A stretch of DNA of 64,000 nucleotides from Roseimaritima ulvae (GTDB lineage Bacteria > Planctomycetota > Planctomycetia > Pirellulales > Pirellulaceae). Where the stretch lies: positions 3,699,404 to 3,763,403 of the forward strand of contig NZ_CP042914.1 in NCBI RefSeq assembly GCF_008065135.1. The letters are read 5' to 3'. The notes under the pieces are model-generated. The model worked only from the letters and a program-made list of their open reading frames with translations, was not told the origin of the DNA and made no database searches. Of this stretch, positions 1-9,922 are shown in pieces (the stretch's first letter is position 1; every line of letters begins with the position of its first letter). The translations under genes and the position numbers were made by a program.

Positions 1-60
1 CTCTGGCGAGTTCGGCTACGACCCGTCCAAACTCTGGCGAGTTCGGCTACGGGTAGGCTA
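1..60. repeat. REP-like hairpin repeat, family B (GTAGCC-stem-CGCCAG-stem), two copies in reverse orientation; first copy truncated by the window edge
   Basis: The window begins ctctggcgagttcggctacg...ccaaactctggcgagttcggctacgg. This is the reverse complement of the gtagccgaactcgccagagtttgg unit seen about 12 more times in the window. Confidence 0.7.
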
Positions 61-1995
61 CGGGATTGCTCGCAGTTCGTCGGCGGTTAAGTATCCGTCT
101 TGGTCGACGTCCAGCTGGTTGAACTGGGTTCGGGTCCCGACGAATTCGTGCCAAGAAACTTCGGCGTCCGCATTGTGGTCCAATTGCGCCGCCCAACTGG
201 GCAGCGACGACGATGAGCTGCCGGCCGCTCGCGCCGGTGCGCCGGCGTCTTCCGGATCGCTGCGAACAATATCGACACGGTAAGCATCGGGGACGTCGTG
301 CCAATGGATCCGATCGTCGCCATCGCGATCGAGCAACGCCAAACGGTCCGCGGCCGATTCGATCTCTCGCGTCGAGAGGAACCGATCGCTATTGATATCC
401 AACCACACGAACCACGCGTCCCCGGCCTCGTTGGCTTCGATGCGAACCTGCGTCAGCCAGGGTGGCGATTCACCTCGCATCCCCGCATTGATCTCCGCCA
501 GTGACAGTCCGCCGTCCTCGTTCACGTCAAACTCCTCAAACCGAATCATGTCCTCCGCTTGAGGTGGGATTTCAGATTCCGACAGCAGCCCATCCTTGTC
601 CGCATCCAGGGAATCGAAAGCTTGCCGTGGGATCGCGTTGCGCTGGGACGCGACATCCAAAACACGAAAGGTCATATTCAGATCGATATCGCTAATCGCC
701 AGGCGTGACGGCGTCTCGTCAAACGTCGCTCGCAGCGAAGACGCTGTGGAGGCTCGCACGAGGCGAGCGGCTTGCGACTGGTCGCTCGACAGGTCGATTT
801 GAAGACGCAGGTCGGCCGGCCGATGTGGCAGCGTTTTGATCTCATCCCGCGATAATTGGCCGTCTTGATCGTTATCTAAATCATCCATCAAACTCGACAT
901 TGCAAAGGGTCGGTCGGCGAGCAAGCCGCCGATCCCATAAGCCAGTCGCTCCCAGTTCTGGAACTCTCGCAACAACTGGGCGGTGGTGCCCAACGATCCA
1001 GAAACGGATCGATTCATCGACGTTCCCGCCGGCTCATCCGCGGACTCGCCCTCGTCCAGTCGTTGATCATAATTGCGGTCCAATCGGAATAGTCGCTCAG
1101 CGGCTTGAGCCATTTCATCTGCATCGAGGTATTGATTGGCATCTGCATCCAATGCCGTGAAAATAGGCGATGCACGACGGTTGCGCTGACGATTGCGATC
1201 GTGGCTATTAACCTGCCAAGCTTCCGCGTTGCGTGTCTGGCTGAACAGAAATTTCCGCAGCTCGTCGCGTTCGACGATTTCGTTCTTGTTATCATCGAAT
1301 TGCTCTGCGGCGTCTGTCGGCGATTGCACTCTACGCCCAAAGCGTCCCGGGTTCTCCGATACATAGGTTTGTAAACTCGGCCAGCGCAGAACATCCGCAT
1401 TGCCGCGTGCCGCCGATTCGATGTCGGCAAGGTACTGTAGAAAAAATGTTTCGAGCGATTGGTCGCCAACGCGTACGTCCAAGTCGACCATGAGCACGCC
1501 GGCCGTGGTGGGCAGCAGCAGCCGCGAGGCGGTATCCGGGACAGTTGTGTCTGAAGCTACGTCTGCAGCGACGGCAAGGTTGTTTTCGTCGGATTGGTCG
1601 GATGGCTGCGGCTGGTCGGATGGCTGTGGCGCGTCGGCCACGGCCGGCACCTCGGACATGATCTCCGCGTCAGCCTCACTGTCTAACACCGGGACGTCGT
1701 CCGGTTCGGCAGGTCGGTCGGGACTAAATCGCGATGCCGCGTCGGTGATCACGACGATTTGGGGTTCCGGATCAGGCTGCGGCGGCGACTCGAGCGCCGG
1801 TTCTTCGTTTCCACACCCCAGTAAACCCAACGCCAAGAACAGCAACACCGCGATCGCGTAGCATGGGCCCCTGGCCCGTGTGGTTAATTCGTTGCTGTCG
1901 GGACACGGGCCAGGGGCCCATGCTACGGGTGGGGCGGTACACGGGCCGGGGGCCCATGCTACGGGTGGGGTGGGACACGGGTACTTGCCGTACAT
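58..1995 (-). CDS. Secreted or lipoprotein with repeated EF-hand/dockerin-like Ca-binding loops (DADKDGLLSESEI, DVNEDGGLSLAEI, DVDQDGYLTADEL, DNDQDGQLSRDEI) and an acidic low-complexity PQPSDQ region. The true start is probably an internal GTG near 1848, giving a MLLFLALGLLGC lipobox.
   Basis: There are about six DxDxDG-type loops spaced as in dockerin/EF-hand pairs. The first ~50 codons of the ORF read straight through the REP-A copies (VAWAPGPC is the translation of the repeat). The 5' extension is therefore probably not coding. Confidence 0.6.
   Translation of the reverse strand: MYGKYPCPTPPVAWAPGPCTAPPVAWAPGPCPDSNELTTRARGPCYAIAVLLFLALGLLGCGNEEPALESPPQPDPEPQIVVITDAASRFSPDRPAEPDDVPVLDSEADAEIMSEVPAVADAPQPSDQPQPSDQSDENNLAVAADVASDTTVPDTASRLLLPTTAGVLMVDLDVRVGDQSLETFFLQYLADIESAARGNADVLRWPSLQTYVSENPGRFGRRVQSPTDAAEQFDDNKNEIVERDELRKFLFSQTRNAEAWQVNSHDRNRQRNRRASPIFTALDADANQYLDADEMAQAAERLFRLDRNYDQRLDEGESADEPAGTSMNRSVSGSLGTTAQLLREFQNWERLAYGIGGLLADRPFAMSSLMDDLDNDQDGQLSRDEIKTLPHRPADLRLQIDLSSDQSQAARLVRASTASSLRATFDETPSRLAISDIDLNMTFRVLDVASQRNAIPRQAFDSLDADKDGLLSESEIPPQAEDMIRFEEFDVNEDGGLSLAEINAGMRGESPPWLTQVRIEANEAGDAWFVWLDINSDRFLSTREIESAADRLALLDRDGDDRIHWHDVPDAYRVDIVRSDPEDAGAPARAAGSSSSSLPSWAAQLDHNADAEVSWHEFVGTRTQFNQLDVDQDGYLTADELRAIP
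1858..1985. repeat. REP-like hairpin repeat cluster, family A (GTAGCATGGGCCCCTGGCCCGTG); one + copy, two - copies and a partial copy
   Basis: It contains gtagcatgggcccctggcccgtgtgg, then cacgggccaggggcccatgctacgg and cacgggccgggggcccatgctacgg. The same 24-mer recurs at ~14487, ~17203, ~23888 and 25438-25575. Confidence 0.75.
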
Positions 1996-3368
1996 TACGT
2001 TTTCCTGTCAGCGGAAAGCACTTCCTTGATCACGTTGCCTTCGGCGATGGCAATCGGACGTCCTTCCTCGGTAATGTTTTCGGTTGCCGGAGAGACACCG
2101 ATCGCCGTGCACAGGGTCGTCAGCAAGTCCTGAGCGTTGCTCTTGCCGTCGACAACTTCGCTACCATCGTCGCTGGTGGCTCCATAGACCTGTCCACCCG
2201 CCACGCCCCCACCGGCCAGGACACAGCTGAAGGCTTGCGGGTAGTGATCGCGTCCAGCGTTCCCGTTGATCACGGGCGTGCGTCCGAATTCGCCGGCCCA
2301 CAGAATTGTGGTTGACTCCAACAATCCCACTGCCTGCAATTGGTCCATCAGTGTGGCCCAACCTTGATCCAGTTCCCCGCACAGTCGTTCCACTTGATTG
2401 AAATTATCGGCGTGCGTGTCCCAGCCCAAACCGCTTCCCAGTGTGACTTCGACCAGCGGCACGCCGCGTTCGAGCAGGCGTCGCGCCAACAGACAGCCTT
2501 GCCCAAACACACCGCTACCAAATGCTTCTCGCGTCTGCTGGGATTCCTGCTCCAGATCAAAGGCATCGCGAGCCTTGCTGCCCGCCAAGTCGATGGCCGC
2601 CTGAAACACCGTGTTGTGGGCCACCGCATTGGGCACTCGGCGGGTGGCCAAAAAATCATCCTGCAGGGCGTTCCACATTTTCAACCGCGACTGTTGCCGA
2701 GGGGCACTGACCCCGGCGGCTTGTTGCAAGTAGTCGACGCGGAGACGAGCGAATGATTCGTCGGGCCCGTTGGGCATCGTTCCGCCGACCGACATCGGCG
2801 CGTATTTTGGCCCCAAGAAACCACTCCGAACGGCGCCTTGCGCGAAGGGACCCGGCGCCACGCTGACGAAGTGCGGCAAGCCCTCCAGTCGCGTGGGGCT
2901 GGGGTAGTCGTCGGCCAGAGCCCGCGAGATCGTGCAACCGGATGCCGGGTAGTTCACCGGACCACCGGGAATGTGACCGGTTTGCATCAACGTCGTTCCG
3001 CGGCCGTGATCGCCTTCTTTGGTGCTCATGCCGCGCAGGATTGCTAACCGCTCCGCCTGCTTGGCTAGCCGTGGCAGATGTTTGGCGAACCGCACGCCGG
3101 GCACGCTGGTGGCGGCTTCCTCCAAGCTGCCTCCGTTGACGTGCTTGGGTTTCATATCAAACGTATCGAGCTGACTGGGGCCGCCGGCCATCCACAACAG
3201 GATGCAATGTCGCCCCTGACTGGCTGCGGCCTGGGCAGCCCTGGCGATGGCCGGTGAGAGGCGACTGGAGGCCAACGAAGCGGACAACCCCAGCGTACCG
3301 CCGAGCCATTGCCGTCTGGAAAAAGCGAGTTGTCTTGCCATCACCATGGGTCTCCCAAACTCAGTCAC
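1995..3368 (-). CDS. DUF1501 family protein (sulfatase-like fold, Tat signal), the typical Planctomycete partner of the DUF1549/DUF1553 protein
   Basis: The N-terminus has a twin-arginine-like signal (RRQWLGGTLGLSASLA). The C-terminal half (GWDTHADNF, HYPQAF) matches my memory of DUF1501. It lies directly downstream of a DUF1553-type gene. Confidence 0.7.
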   Translation of the reverse strand: MTEFGRPMVMARQLAFSRRQWLGGTLGLSASLASSRLSPAIARAAQAAASQGRHCILLWMAGGPSQLDTFDMKPKHVNGGSLEEAATSVPGVRFAKHLPRLAKQAERLAILRGMSTKEGDHGRGTTLMQTGHIPGGPVNYPASGCTISRALADDYPSPTRLEGLPHFVSVAPGPFAQGAVRSGFLGPKYAPMSVGGTMPNGPDESFARLRVDYLQQAAGVSAPRQQSRLKMWNALQDDFLATRRVPNAVAHNTVFQAAIDLAGSKARDAFDLEQESQQTREAFGSGVFGQGCLLARRLLERGVPLVEVTLGSGLGWDTHADNFNQVERLCGELDQGWATLMDQLQAVGLLESTTILWAGEFGRTPVINGNAGRDHYPQAFSCVLAGGGVAGGQVYGATSDDGSEVVDGKSNAQDLLTTLCTAIGVSPATENITEEGRPIAIAEGNVIKEVLSADRKT

Positions 3369-3374
3369 ATGCCG

Positions 3375-4961
3375 TTACGGACACACCGCGCACTCGGTCG
3401 AACACAGCAGCGCCCACAACAGGTCGCCACGAACCGCCGCGGTTTCAGCCGGCGAATCGATGTCGGCTAAGAATTTTGAACAGCGTTGTTGTTCGGCTTT
3501 CGTCGGCAGTCGTGAAACGGTCGCTAAATACAGCGTTTCGATCCGGTCGACATCCGAATAGAAGGGAGCGTCCAGGACGGCCAATAGACCGTTTTGGGGC
3601 TGTAACGAGGCACGTTGCAATTCCGGACCGTTCATCGTGCCCAGGGCCTGCAGCACGCCATGCGGATAATCCACCGGTGCGGCGCCGCCGGAGCCCATGC
3701 GATTCAAAAACGCTTGCCGCATCGCCTGCTCCGGTGAGTTAGCGGAATTGGCGTCGTCCCAAGGCGGCGGAACCCGCAACACGTTTTGCATCAGACTGTC
3801 GTAGTACTGTTGTGGCGAAAGCGTTTTGACGTTCATTACGGCAAACGTGTCCATCGCCGGCCGTTCGCCCGCCGAATACGCACTGCTCATCCGATAGGCC
3901 TTGGTCGATGCCAAGGTTTGGTAAAGCTTTCTCAAGTCAAATCGTTGCTCGACAAAATAGTCGCTCAACTCCTGCAGCAGTTTCGGATGGCTGGCCGGAT
4001 TATCCGCATCCATCGCATCGACTGGATGAACCAAGCCACGACCAAACAAATGTTCCCAAACTCGGTTGACCGCCGCTCGCGCCAGATAGGGATTGTCGCG
4101 GGAGGCCAACCAAATGGTCAGCTGTCGGCGGCGATAATCCGCTACGTCGGGTTCCGGCGGCTCCGGCACACCGGGATACATGGGCACCGAAACCAATTGC
4201 GATTCCGGCAAGCGAACTTCACCGCCAGGCAAATCTTCGATCCACTGGCCCCTGCCCGCCTGCCGTTGTTTCAATTGGCTGAAAAACGCGGCGTAACTCC
4301 AAAAGTCGGTTTGTTTCCACCGATCAAACGGGTGGTCGTGGCATTCGGCACACTGCAACTGGATGCCTAAGAAGATTCGCGCCGTGGCGGCGGCCAGCTT
4401 CTTGGGTTCCAGATCGTGGGACGTGTAAAACACTGCCGGGCCGGAATCGGCGGGGCCGCCAGCAACCAAAAATTCGGCCACCAGATTGTCGTAGCTGAGA
4501 TTGCGTTGGAACTGTTTTCGCAACCAAGCTTTCAGCGACCGCGTGTCAACAGGCATGTCCGCTTGATCCGCAGGCACCAACACCCGATTCCAACGCTCGG
4601 CCATGTGGGCGGCGTACTGCGGCGAAGCCAACAGCGAGGCGATCAAACGATCGTGTTTGTCGGGCGCCGTATCGGACAAGAACGTTCGCAGGACCGAAAC
4701 CGGTGGGGCCACGCCGGCCAAGTCCAACCACACGCGTCGACAAAATTCCGCATCGCTGGCGGGCTCGGCGGGAACGACGCCATCTTGTTCCCATGTCCCC
4801 CGCAAATGCTCATCGATCCGCTCAGCCATCGCCAGCACAGACGCTTCTTGAGCCAACGCGGCCGGCATGCCTACCAAGCAGCACACGCCCACCAGGAACC
4901 ACGTGCACAGCAAGGTTCGAGCCCACAAGCTGGGTGACTGGGGGATGAGGGTGCTTGACAT
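3375..4961 (-). CDS. DUF1549/DUF1553 (PSD1/PSCyt-type) protein. The ORF track extends to 5327, but the start is probably Met-123 (MSSTLIPQSPSLWARTLLCTWFLVGVCCLVGMPAALAQEA signal peptide) at 4961.
   Basis: It has a CAECHDHPFDRW motif (the DUF1549 CxxCH-like motif) and a C-terminal DUF1553-like region. The longer ORF would overlap the convergent gene at 5018. The internal Met is followed by a clear signal peptide. Confidence 0.65.
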   Translation of the reverse strand: MSSTLIPQSPSLWARTLLCTWFLVGVCCLVGMPAALAQEASVLAMAERIDEHLRGTWEQDGVVPAEPASDAEFCRRVWLDLAGVAPPVSVLRTFLSDTAPDKHDRLIASLLASPQYAAHMAERWNRVLVPADQADMPVDTRSLKAWLRKQFQRNLSYDNLVAEFLVAGGPADSGPAVFYTSHDLEPKKLAAATARIFLGIQLQCAECHDHPFDRWKQTDFWSYAAFFSQLKQRQAGRGQWIEDLPGGEVRLPESQLVSVPMYPGVPEPPEPDVADYRRRQLTIWLASRDNPYLARAAVNRVWEHLFGRGLVHPVDAMDADNPASHPKLLQELSDYFVEQRFDLRKLYQTLASTKAYRMSSAYSAGERPAMDTFAVMNVKTLSPQQYYDSLMQNVLRVPPPWDDANSANSPEQAMRQAFLNRMGSGGAAPVDYPHGVLQALGTMNGPELQRASLQPQNGLLAVLDAPFYSDVDRIETLYLATVSRLPTKAEQQRCSKFLADIDSPAETAAVRGDLLWALLCSTECAVCP

Positions 4962-5017
4962 GCCATTGTTTATAACACAACGTTCTGCACAGCTCCAAGA
5001 TAAAAGGAATCGTTTCA

Positions 5018-6013
5018 GTGAATTCAACAGACAAGCCGTTTCGGGCCTATTTGGTCGACCAATCCAAGCAGGGTTCCTTGGTCGATCTGCATGTGGATGA
5101 TCTACCGGCCGGAGAGGTACTGATTCGTGCTTCGCATTCGTCTCTGAATTACAAAGATGCCCTCGCCGCGACCGGCCATCCCGGGGTCGCGCGAACGCTG
5201 CCGCACATTCCCGGCGTCGATGTGGCGGGCACCGTCGAGTCCAGCAGCGACGATCGGTTTCAGCCCGGCGATGCGGTGTTTGTAACCGGCTACGAATTGG
5301 GCGCACCGCGCTGGGGCGGCTGGTCACAGAAAGTTCGTGTTCCGGCCGATTGGGTGATTCCGATTCCGCGGCGAGTCACGCCGAGCGAAGTCATGGCGCT
5401 GGGCACGGCGGGCTTTACGGCCGCCCAGTGTGTGTCCGCAATTCAACTGCACGACATCGGACCCGACGATGGCGAAGTGCTTGTCACCGGCGCCAGCGGC
5501 GGCGTCGGTTCGACCGCCGTGGCCCTGCTGGCTAAACTGGGATATCAAGTCGCCGCGGTGACCGGAAAAGAAGATCACCACCAGCAGTTAAGGGACTGGG
5601 GAGCCAGCCGGGTGCTGCCCCGCGAAACCATCGACACCACCAGCGACAAACCGCTGCTCAAATCCCTCTGGGCCGCTGCGGTCGATACGGTCGGCGGCAA
5701 TGTGCTGGCCGGGGTAATCAAACAACTGAAGCAGCGCGGCTGCGTCGCGGCCTGCGGCAACGTTGCCGGAGTCGATTTGCCGTTGACCGTGTTTCCCTTC
5801 ATCTTGCGGGGCGTCAAATTGGACGGCATCGACTCGGCGCAATGTCCACGCAATGCGCGGATGATCATCTGGGAAAAGTTGTTCGGTTCCTGGAAGCTGG
5901 AAGGTATTGCTGACCACACGACCACGGTTCCGCTCACGGGCATCGACGAGTACGTGCAGAAGATTTTGAAGGGCCAAATCAGCGGGCGTGTCGTCGTTGA
6001 CCTGAATGCTTAG
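5018..6013 (+). CDS. YhdH/AcuI-type medium-chain dehydrogenase/reductase (putative quinone oxidoreductase / acrylyl-CoA reductase family)
   Basis: The N-terminus (FRAYLVDQSKQGSLVDLHVDDLPAGEVLIRASHSSLNYKDALAATG) and the GASGGVGSTAVALLAKLGYQVAAVTG Rossmann motif are typical of the YhdH subfamily. Confidence 0.75.
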   Translation: MNSTDKPFRAYLVDQSKQGSLVDLHVDDLPAGEVLIRASHSSLNYKDALAATGHPGVARTLPHIPGVDVAGTVESSSDDRFQPGDAVFVTGYELGAPRWGGWSQKVRVPADWVIPIPRRVTPSEVMALGTAGFTAAQCVSAIQLHDIGPDDGEVLVTGASGGVGSTAVALLAKLGYQVAAVTGKEDHHQQLRDWGASRVLPRETIDTTSDKPLLKSLWAAAVDTVGGNVLAGVIKQLKQRGCVAACGNVAGVDLPLTVFPFILRGVKLDGIDSAQCPRNARMIIWEKLFGSWKLEGIADHTTTVPLTGIDEYVQKILKGQISGRVVVDLNA

Positions 6014-6073
6014 ATCGTCACACTCCGTTTTCATCCCCGTGTTTCTCTCACCCTGCCCCTGAAAACCTTCGGC

Positions 6074-7249
6074 ATGACATCTATGTGTATCCATCACTGC
6101 ATTCGACTTACGTTGCTGTTTGCTTGCCTGGTTCCCACACTACTGCTCTCGGGTACCGTCCATGGCGAGGACGCTGCTACGCATACTGCCGGCGAAACGA
6201 CGCCCGACCCGACGGCGGCGCTGATCCAGGCCGCCATCGACGACGGCCAAATGGCCGGGGCAGTGGTGATGATGTCGCAACAAGGAAAGCTGGTGTATTC
6301 CACCGCCATCGGCGACGCTCAGGTTGAACCGCAGCGCCGCCCGATGCGACTCGATACCGTGTTTGATCTGGCTTCGCTGACCAAGCCGGTCGCCACGGCC
6401 ACCTCGATCATGAATTTGGTTGATCAGGACAAGCTGGAACTGGATACCAAGATCGCCTCGCTGTTCCCGGAATTCGGTGAGCACGGCAAGCAGGACATTA
6501 CGGTCGCGGATCTGCTGCTGCACCGCGGCGGATTGATCGCCGATAACGCGCTGCGAGACTACGGCAACGACCAGCAAAACAACTGGGCGAATATTTGCCG
6601 ACTAAAGCCGTTGGCCGAACCGGGCGAACGGTTCATCTATTCGGACGTGGGCTTCATCGTGCTGGGCAAGGTGGTCGAAAAGGTCAGCGGACAACCGCTC
6701 GATCAGTTCGTCCGGCAGAATCTTTACGCGCCGCTGCAAATGACCGAAACCATGTACACTCCCTCCGCGTCGCTGCGGGCACGCGCCGCGGCGACTGAGA
6801 AGCAAGGGGACCAATGGTTGGTCGGTCGGGTGCATGATCCGCGAGCGGCCCGGATGAACGGAGTCGCCGGCCATGCCGGATTGTTTTCTACCGCCGCCGA
6901 CCTGATCCGCTTTGGCGAAGCGTTTTGCAATGGCGGAGCGACCGACGACGCCCGTATTCTCGGCACAGAAACCGTGGCCATGATGACGCAACCACGCGAG
7001 GTCCCCGGCGGCCAGCGAGCTTTCGGCTGGGACGTGCGTTCGCGGTATTCGTCCAACCGGCCCGAAGGTTTTTCCGAGGCAGCCTTTGGCCACGGCGGAT
7101 TCACCGGCACCGTGTTGTGGATCGACCCTCAGCAAGAGGTCGTGTTTGTCTTCCTCAGCAACCGCCTGCATCCCGACGGCAAGGGCAGCGTCAATAAACT
7201 CGCCGCCCAAGTAGCCGATCAATTGCTGGAGCGGTTTGTGCAGCCGTAG
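6074..7249 (+). CDS. Serine hydrolase of the class C beta-lactamase / PBP family, secreted
   Basis: It has a signal peptide, an SLTKPV (SxxK) active-site motif and the beta-lactamase fold signature GHGGFTG. Confidence 0.75.
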   Translation: MTSMCIHHCIRLTLLFACLVPTLLLSGTVHGEDAATHTAGETTPDPTAALIQAAIDDGQMAGAVVMMSQQGKLVYSTAIGDAQVEPQRRPMRLDTVFDLASLTKPVATATSIMNLVDQDKLELDTKIASLFPEFGEHGKQDITVADLLLHRGGLIADNALRDYGNDQQNNWANICRLKPLAEPGERFIYSDVGFIVLGKVVEKVSGQPLDQFVRQNLYAPLQMTETMYTPSASLRARAAATEKQGDQWLVGRVHDPRAARMNGVAGHAGLFSTAADLIRFGEAFCNGGATDDARILGTETVAMMTQPREVPGGQRAFGWDVRSRYSSNRPEGFSEAAFGHGGFTGTVLWIDPQQEVVFVFLSNRLHPDGKGSVNKLAAQVADQLLERFVQP

Positions 7250-7295
7250 CAAACGCACCAGTGTTTGAGAGTGGTTTCGCTGCGGAGAACGTGCC

Positions 7296-7703
7296 ATGCG
7301 TCAATCGAAACTGGAGTTGGCGGTGTTGCCTGCGATTGCCGCGGTCTCCGACGGAACGGCGACCTTGGTGGGGCAACAGCCGGAGTATTTTGCCGGCCAG
7401 ACCGATCCCGAAGAACTTAACCCGATCGGCTTTTTTCTGTTGTCGATGTCGCCGCAGCTCTTTGGTTGGACGCTGGCGGCCTGGGTTGTAGTGCTGATTC
7501 TGTTCGTCCGGTTTGCCCCCTACCGGCTGGCTGCTTGGGGGTCGCTGGTCGTGACCGGACTGCATGTATTTGGTGTGGCCACGTGGTTGATTCGCGTGCC
7601 ATACGGATTGCTCTGGGTCGTCCTGCTCGGCTGCTTGTTTCGGTTTGTTGTCTATCCGCGGTACCAACCAAACTTTCGATTGGATCATGTAACTCGTAGC
7701 TGA
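7296..7703 (+). CDS. Hypothetical small membrane protein (3 predicted TM helices)
   Basis: An ORF with hydrophobic segments fills an otherwise empty gap. No family is recognised. Confidence 0.35.
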   Translation: MRQSKLELAVLPAIAAVSDGTATLVGQQPEYFAGQTDPEELNPIGFFLLSMSPQLFGWTLAAWVVVLILFVRFAPYRLAAWGSLVVTGLHVFGVATWLIRVPYGLLWVVLLGCLFRFVVYPRYQPNFRLDHVTRS

Positions 7704-7758
7704 AGGACTCCTGGAGCTCGCGTCCCAGGCTGTATGCTTCCGCCGTTACGCGACTGAG

Positions 7759-7812
7759 AAAAAAAAACGGTTCGCCAAGTTGAAACTTGGCGAACCGTCG
7801 TTTGCATTTTTT
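7759..7812. terminator. Bidirectional rho-independent terminator hairpin between convergent genes
   Basis: An A9 run is followed by acggttcgccaagtt-gaa-aacttggcgaaccgt (15-bp perfect stem) and then cgtttgcatttttt. Confidence 0.7.
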
Positions 7813-7825
7813 AATAAGCCTACAA

Positions 7826-9922
7826 CTACGAATTAATCGTTTCGCTGACGTAGACCCGCATCGAGTGATAAGGCATCTCGACGATCCGGGTGCTGGGCGG
7901 CATGGGGCCGTCCAGATCTTCAAACAGATCGTCCGGCGCGTGGGCGGCGGTGTCGAGGAACAGGTTCCAATTCATGCCGCGACCGACGTCGGGCAGCTGG
8001 AACTCCCGCGGTTGCCCGGTGGAATTGAACAGCATCAGCACGTCGCGTCCGACACATTCCGGATCCGCCGCTTTGGACGGTGCCGCCAGGTAGGCCACCA
8101 TCGCCAAATCGTGTTGCCCCCAGTCCAATGGCGAACCGTCGGGCGAGTACCAAGAGACGTCGGGGATCAGGCGTCCGGGCGAAGGCTGTCCGGTCAAGAA
8201 CGTGCGGCGGCGAACAGTGGGCTGAGCCAGACGGAACTTGATCAGGCCTTGCGTAAACCGCAGCATCTCGGCGTTCTTTTCCACCAACCGCCAGTCGAAC
8301 CAACTGATGTCGTTGTCTTGGCAGTAGGCGTTGTTATTGCCTTTTTGCGTTCGCCGCACCTCGTCACCGCTGACCAGCATCGGCGTGCCCTGGCTGAGCA
8401 CCAGCGTGGCCATCATGTTTTTGACTTGGCGATTGCGAACTTCGCGGATGCCTTTGCGACGCGTGGGGCCTTCGACACCGTAGTTGTCGCTGCAGTTATT
8501 ATTGTCCCCGTCGCGGCCTTCTTCGCCGTTGGCTAGGTTGTGCTTTTCCTTGTACATCACCAAGTCGTTCAGCGTGAAACCGTCGTGGCTGGTGACGAAG
8601 TTGATGCTGCTGGCCGGAGCCCGACCGCTGTGTTCGTACAAGTCGCTGCTGCCGGCCAAGCGTGTGGCCAGCGCGCCGAGCGTGCCGGAATCGCCGCGCC
8701 AGAAACGACGCACGTCATCGCGGTACCGTCCGTTCCATTCCGCCCAGCGGCTACCAGAGCCGAACGAACCGACCTGGTAAGCACCGGCCGCGTCCCAAGC
8801 TTCGGCGATGATCTTGGTGTCGGCCAACATCGGATCTTCAGCGATCAGTTCCACCATCGGCGGGTTGGGGACCAAATTGCCCGATTGATCACGGCTGAGG
8901 ATACTGGCCAAGTCGAAGCGGAAGCCGTCGATGTGGTAGTTGTGCACCCAGTGCCGCAAACAGTGGAAGATCATCTCGCGGACGACCGGATGATTACCGT
9001 TGACCGTGTTGCCACAACCGCTGTAGTTGGCGTAATGCCGACCACCGTCTTCGAGGATGTAGTAGATACTGTTTTCCAGCCCCTTGAAGGACAGCGTGGG
9101 GCCGCGGTCGTTGCCTTCACAGGTGTGGTTAAAGACCACGTCCAGGATGACTTCGATCCCGGCGGCGTGCAGTGCCTTGACCATCTCTTTGAACTCGCGG
9201 ACCTGCGCCCCAGGCGTGCTGTCGTGAGCGAACCCGCGGTGCGGCGAGAAGAAGGCCATCGAGTCGTAGCCCCAATAATTCGGTCGCGCCGGCTTGTGGC
9301 CCAGCGTGTCCATGATCGGGAACTCGTGAATCGGCATCAGTTCGACGGCCGTAATCCCCAGCGACTGCAGGTAGGGAATTTTTTCAATCACACCCAGGTA
9401 GCTGCCGCCGGCGTCCACTTTGGCCGTGCGGCTCTTGGTGAATCCGCGGACGTGCATCTCGTAGATCACCGACTCGTCGAGCGGTCGCCGCAGGTGGCGG
9501 TCACCTTCCCAGTCGAATTGGTCATCGACTACCACACAGCGCGGCGGACGAACAACGTTGTCGCTGCTCTTTTGAAACGTACCGGCCAGGGCTTGGGCGT
9601 AGGGGTCGATCAGCCGCGCCGAGGAGTCGAAGCGATGACCGTGGTCGGGGTCCCAAGGACCGCTGGCTTGGAAATGATACAATTGGCCCGGTCCGATTCC
9701 AGGCACGTGCATGCTCCACACATCGCCCCAACGATCGGTATCGCGATCGAATTCGATCACTTCGGCAGGTTCACGGTCGGTGACACGATTATAGAGCAGC
9801 AGCCGCATGGCCGTGGCGGAACGACTGAAGACGGAAAACTGTACACCGTTTTCCTGTACCGAAGGCCCAAAAGGGGCTTGGTATGCAAATTGAAGCTCGG
9901 GATGCGGATGTCGCATTAGCAT
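7826..9922 (-). CDS. glgX: Glycogen debranching enzyme GlgX (isoamylase, GH13)
   Basis: It has an N-terminal CBM48-like region and the GH13 conserved region II motif GFRFDLAS. The length (698 aa) is typical. Confidence 0.85.
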   Translation of the reverse strand: MLMRHPHPELQFAYQAPFGPSVQENGVQFSVFSRSATAMRLLLYNRVTDREPAEVIEFDRDTDRWGDVWSMHVPGIGPGQLYHFQASGPWDPDHGHRFDSSARLIDPYAQALAGTFQKSSDNVVRPPRCVVVDDQFDWEGDRHLRRPLDESVIYEMHVRGFTKSRTAKVDAGGSYLGVIEKIPYLQSLGITAVELMPIHEFPIMDTLGHKPARPNYWGYDSMAFFSPHRGFAHDSTPGAQVREFKEMVKALHAAGIEVILDVVFNHTCEGNDRGPTLSFKGLENSIYYILEDGGRHYANYSGCGNTVNGNHPVVREMIFHCLRHWVHNYHIDGFRFDLASILSRDQSGNLVPNPPMVELIAEDPMLADTKIIAEAWDAAGAYQVGSFGSGSRWAEWNGRYRDDVRRFWRGDSGTLGALATRLAGSSDLYEHSGRAPASSINFVTSHDGFTLNDLVMYKEKHNLANGEEGRDGDNNNCSDNYGVEGPTRRKGIREVRNRQVKNMMATLVLSQGTPMLVSGDEVRRTQKGNNNAYCQDNDISWFDWRLVEKNAEMLRFTQGLIKFRLAQPTVRRRTFLTGQPSPGRLIPDVSWYSPDGSPLDWGQHDLAMVAYLAAPSKAADPECVGRDVLMLFNSTGQPREFQLPDVGRGMNWNLFLDTAAHAPDDLFEDLDGPMPPSTRIVEMPYHSMRVYVSETINS

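Noticed and set aside
8540-9919. 459-aa ORF on the + strand
   Set aside because: It is entirely antisense to the well-supported glgX gene. It is R/V/G-rich with no motifs, a typical high-GC shadow ORF.
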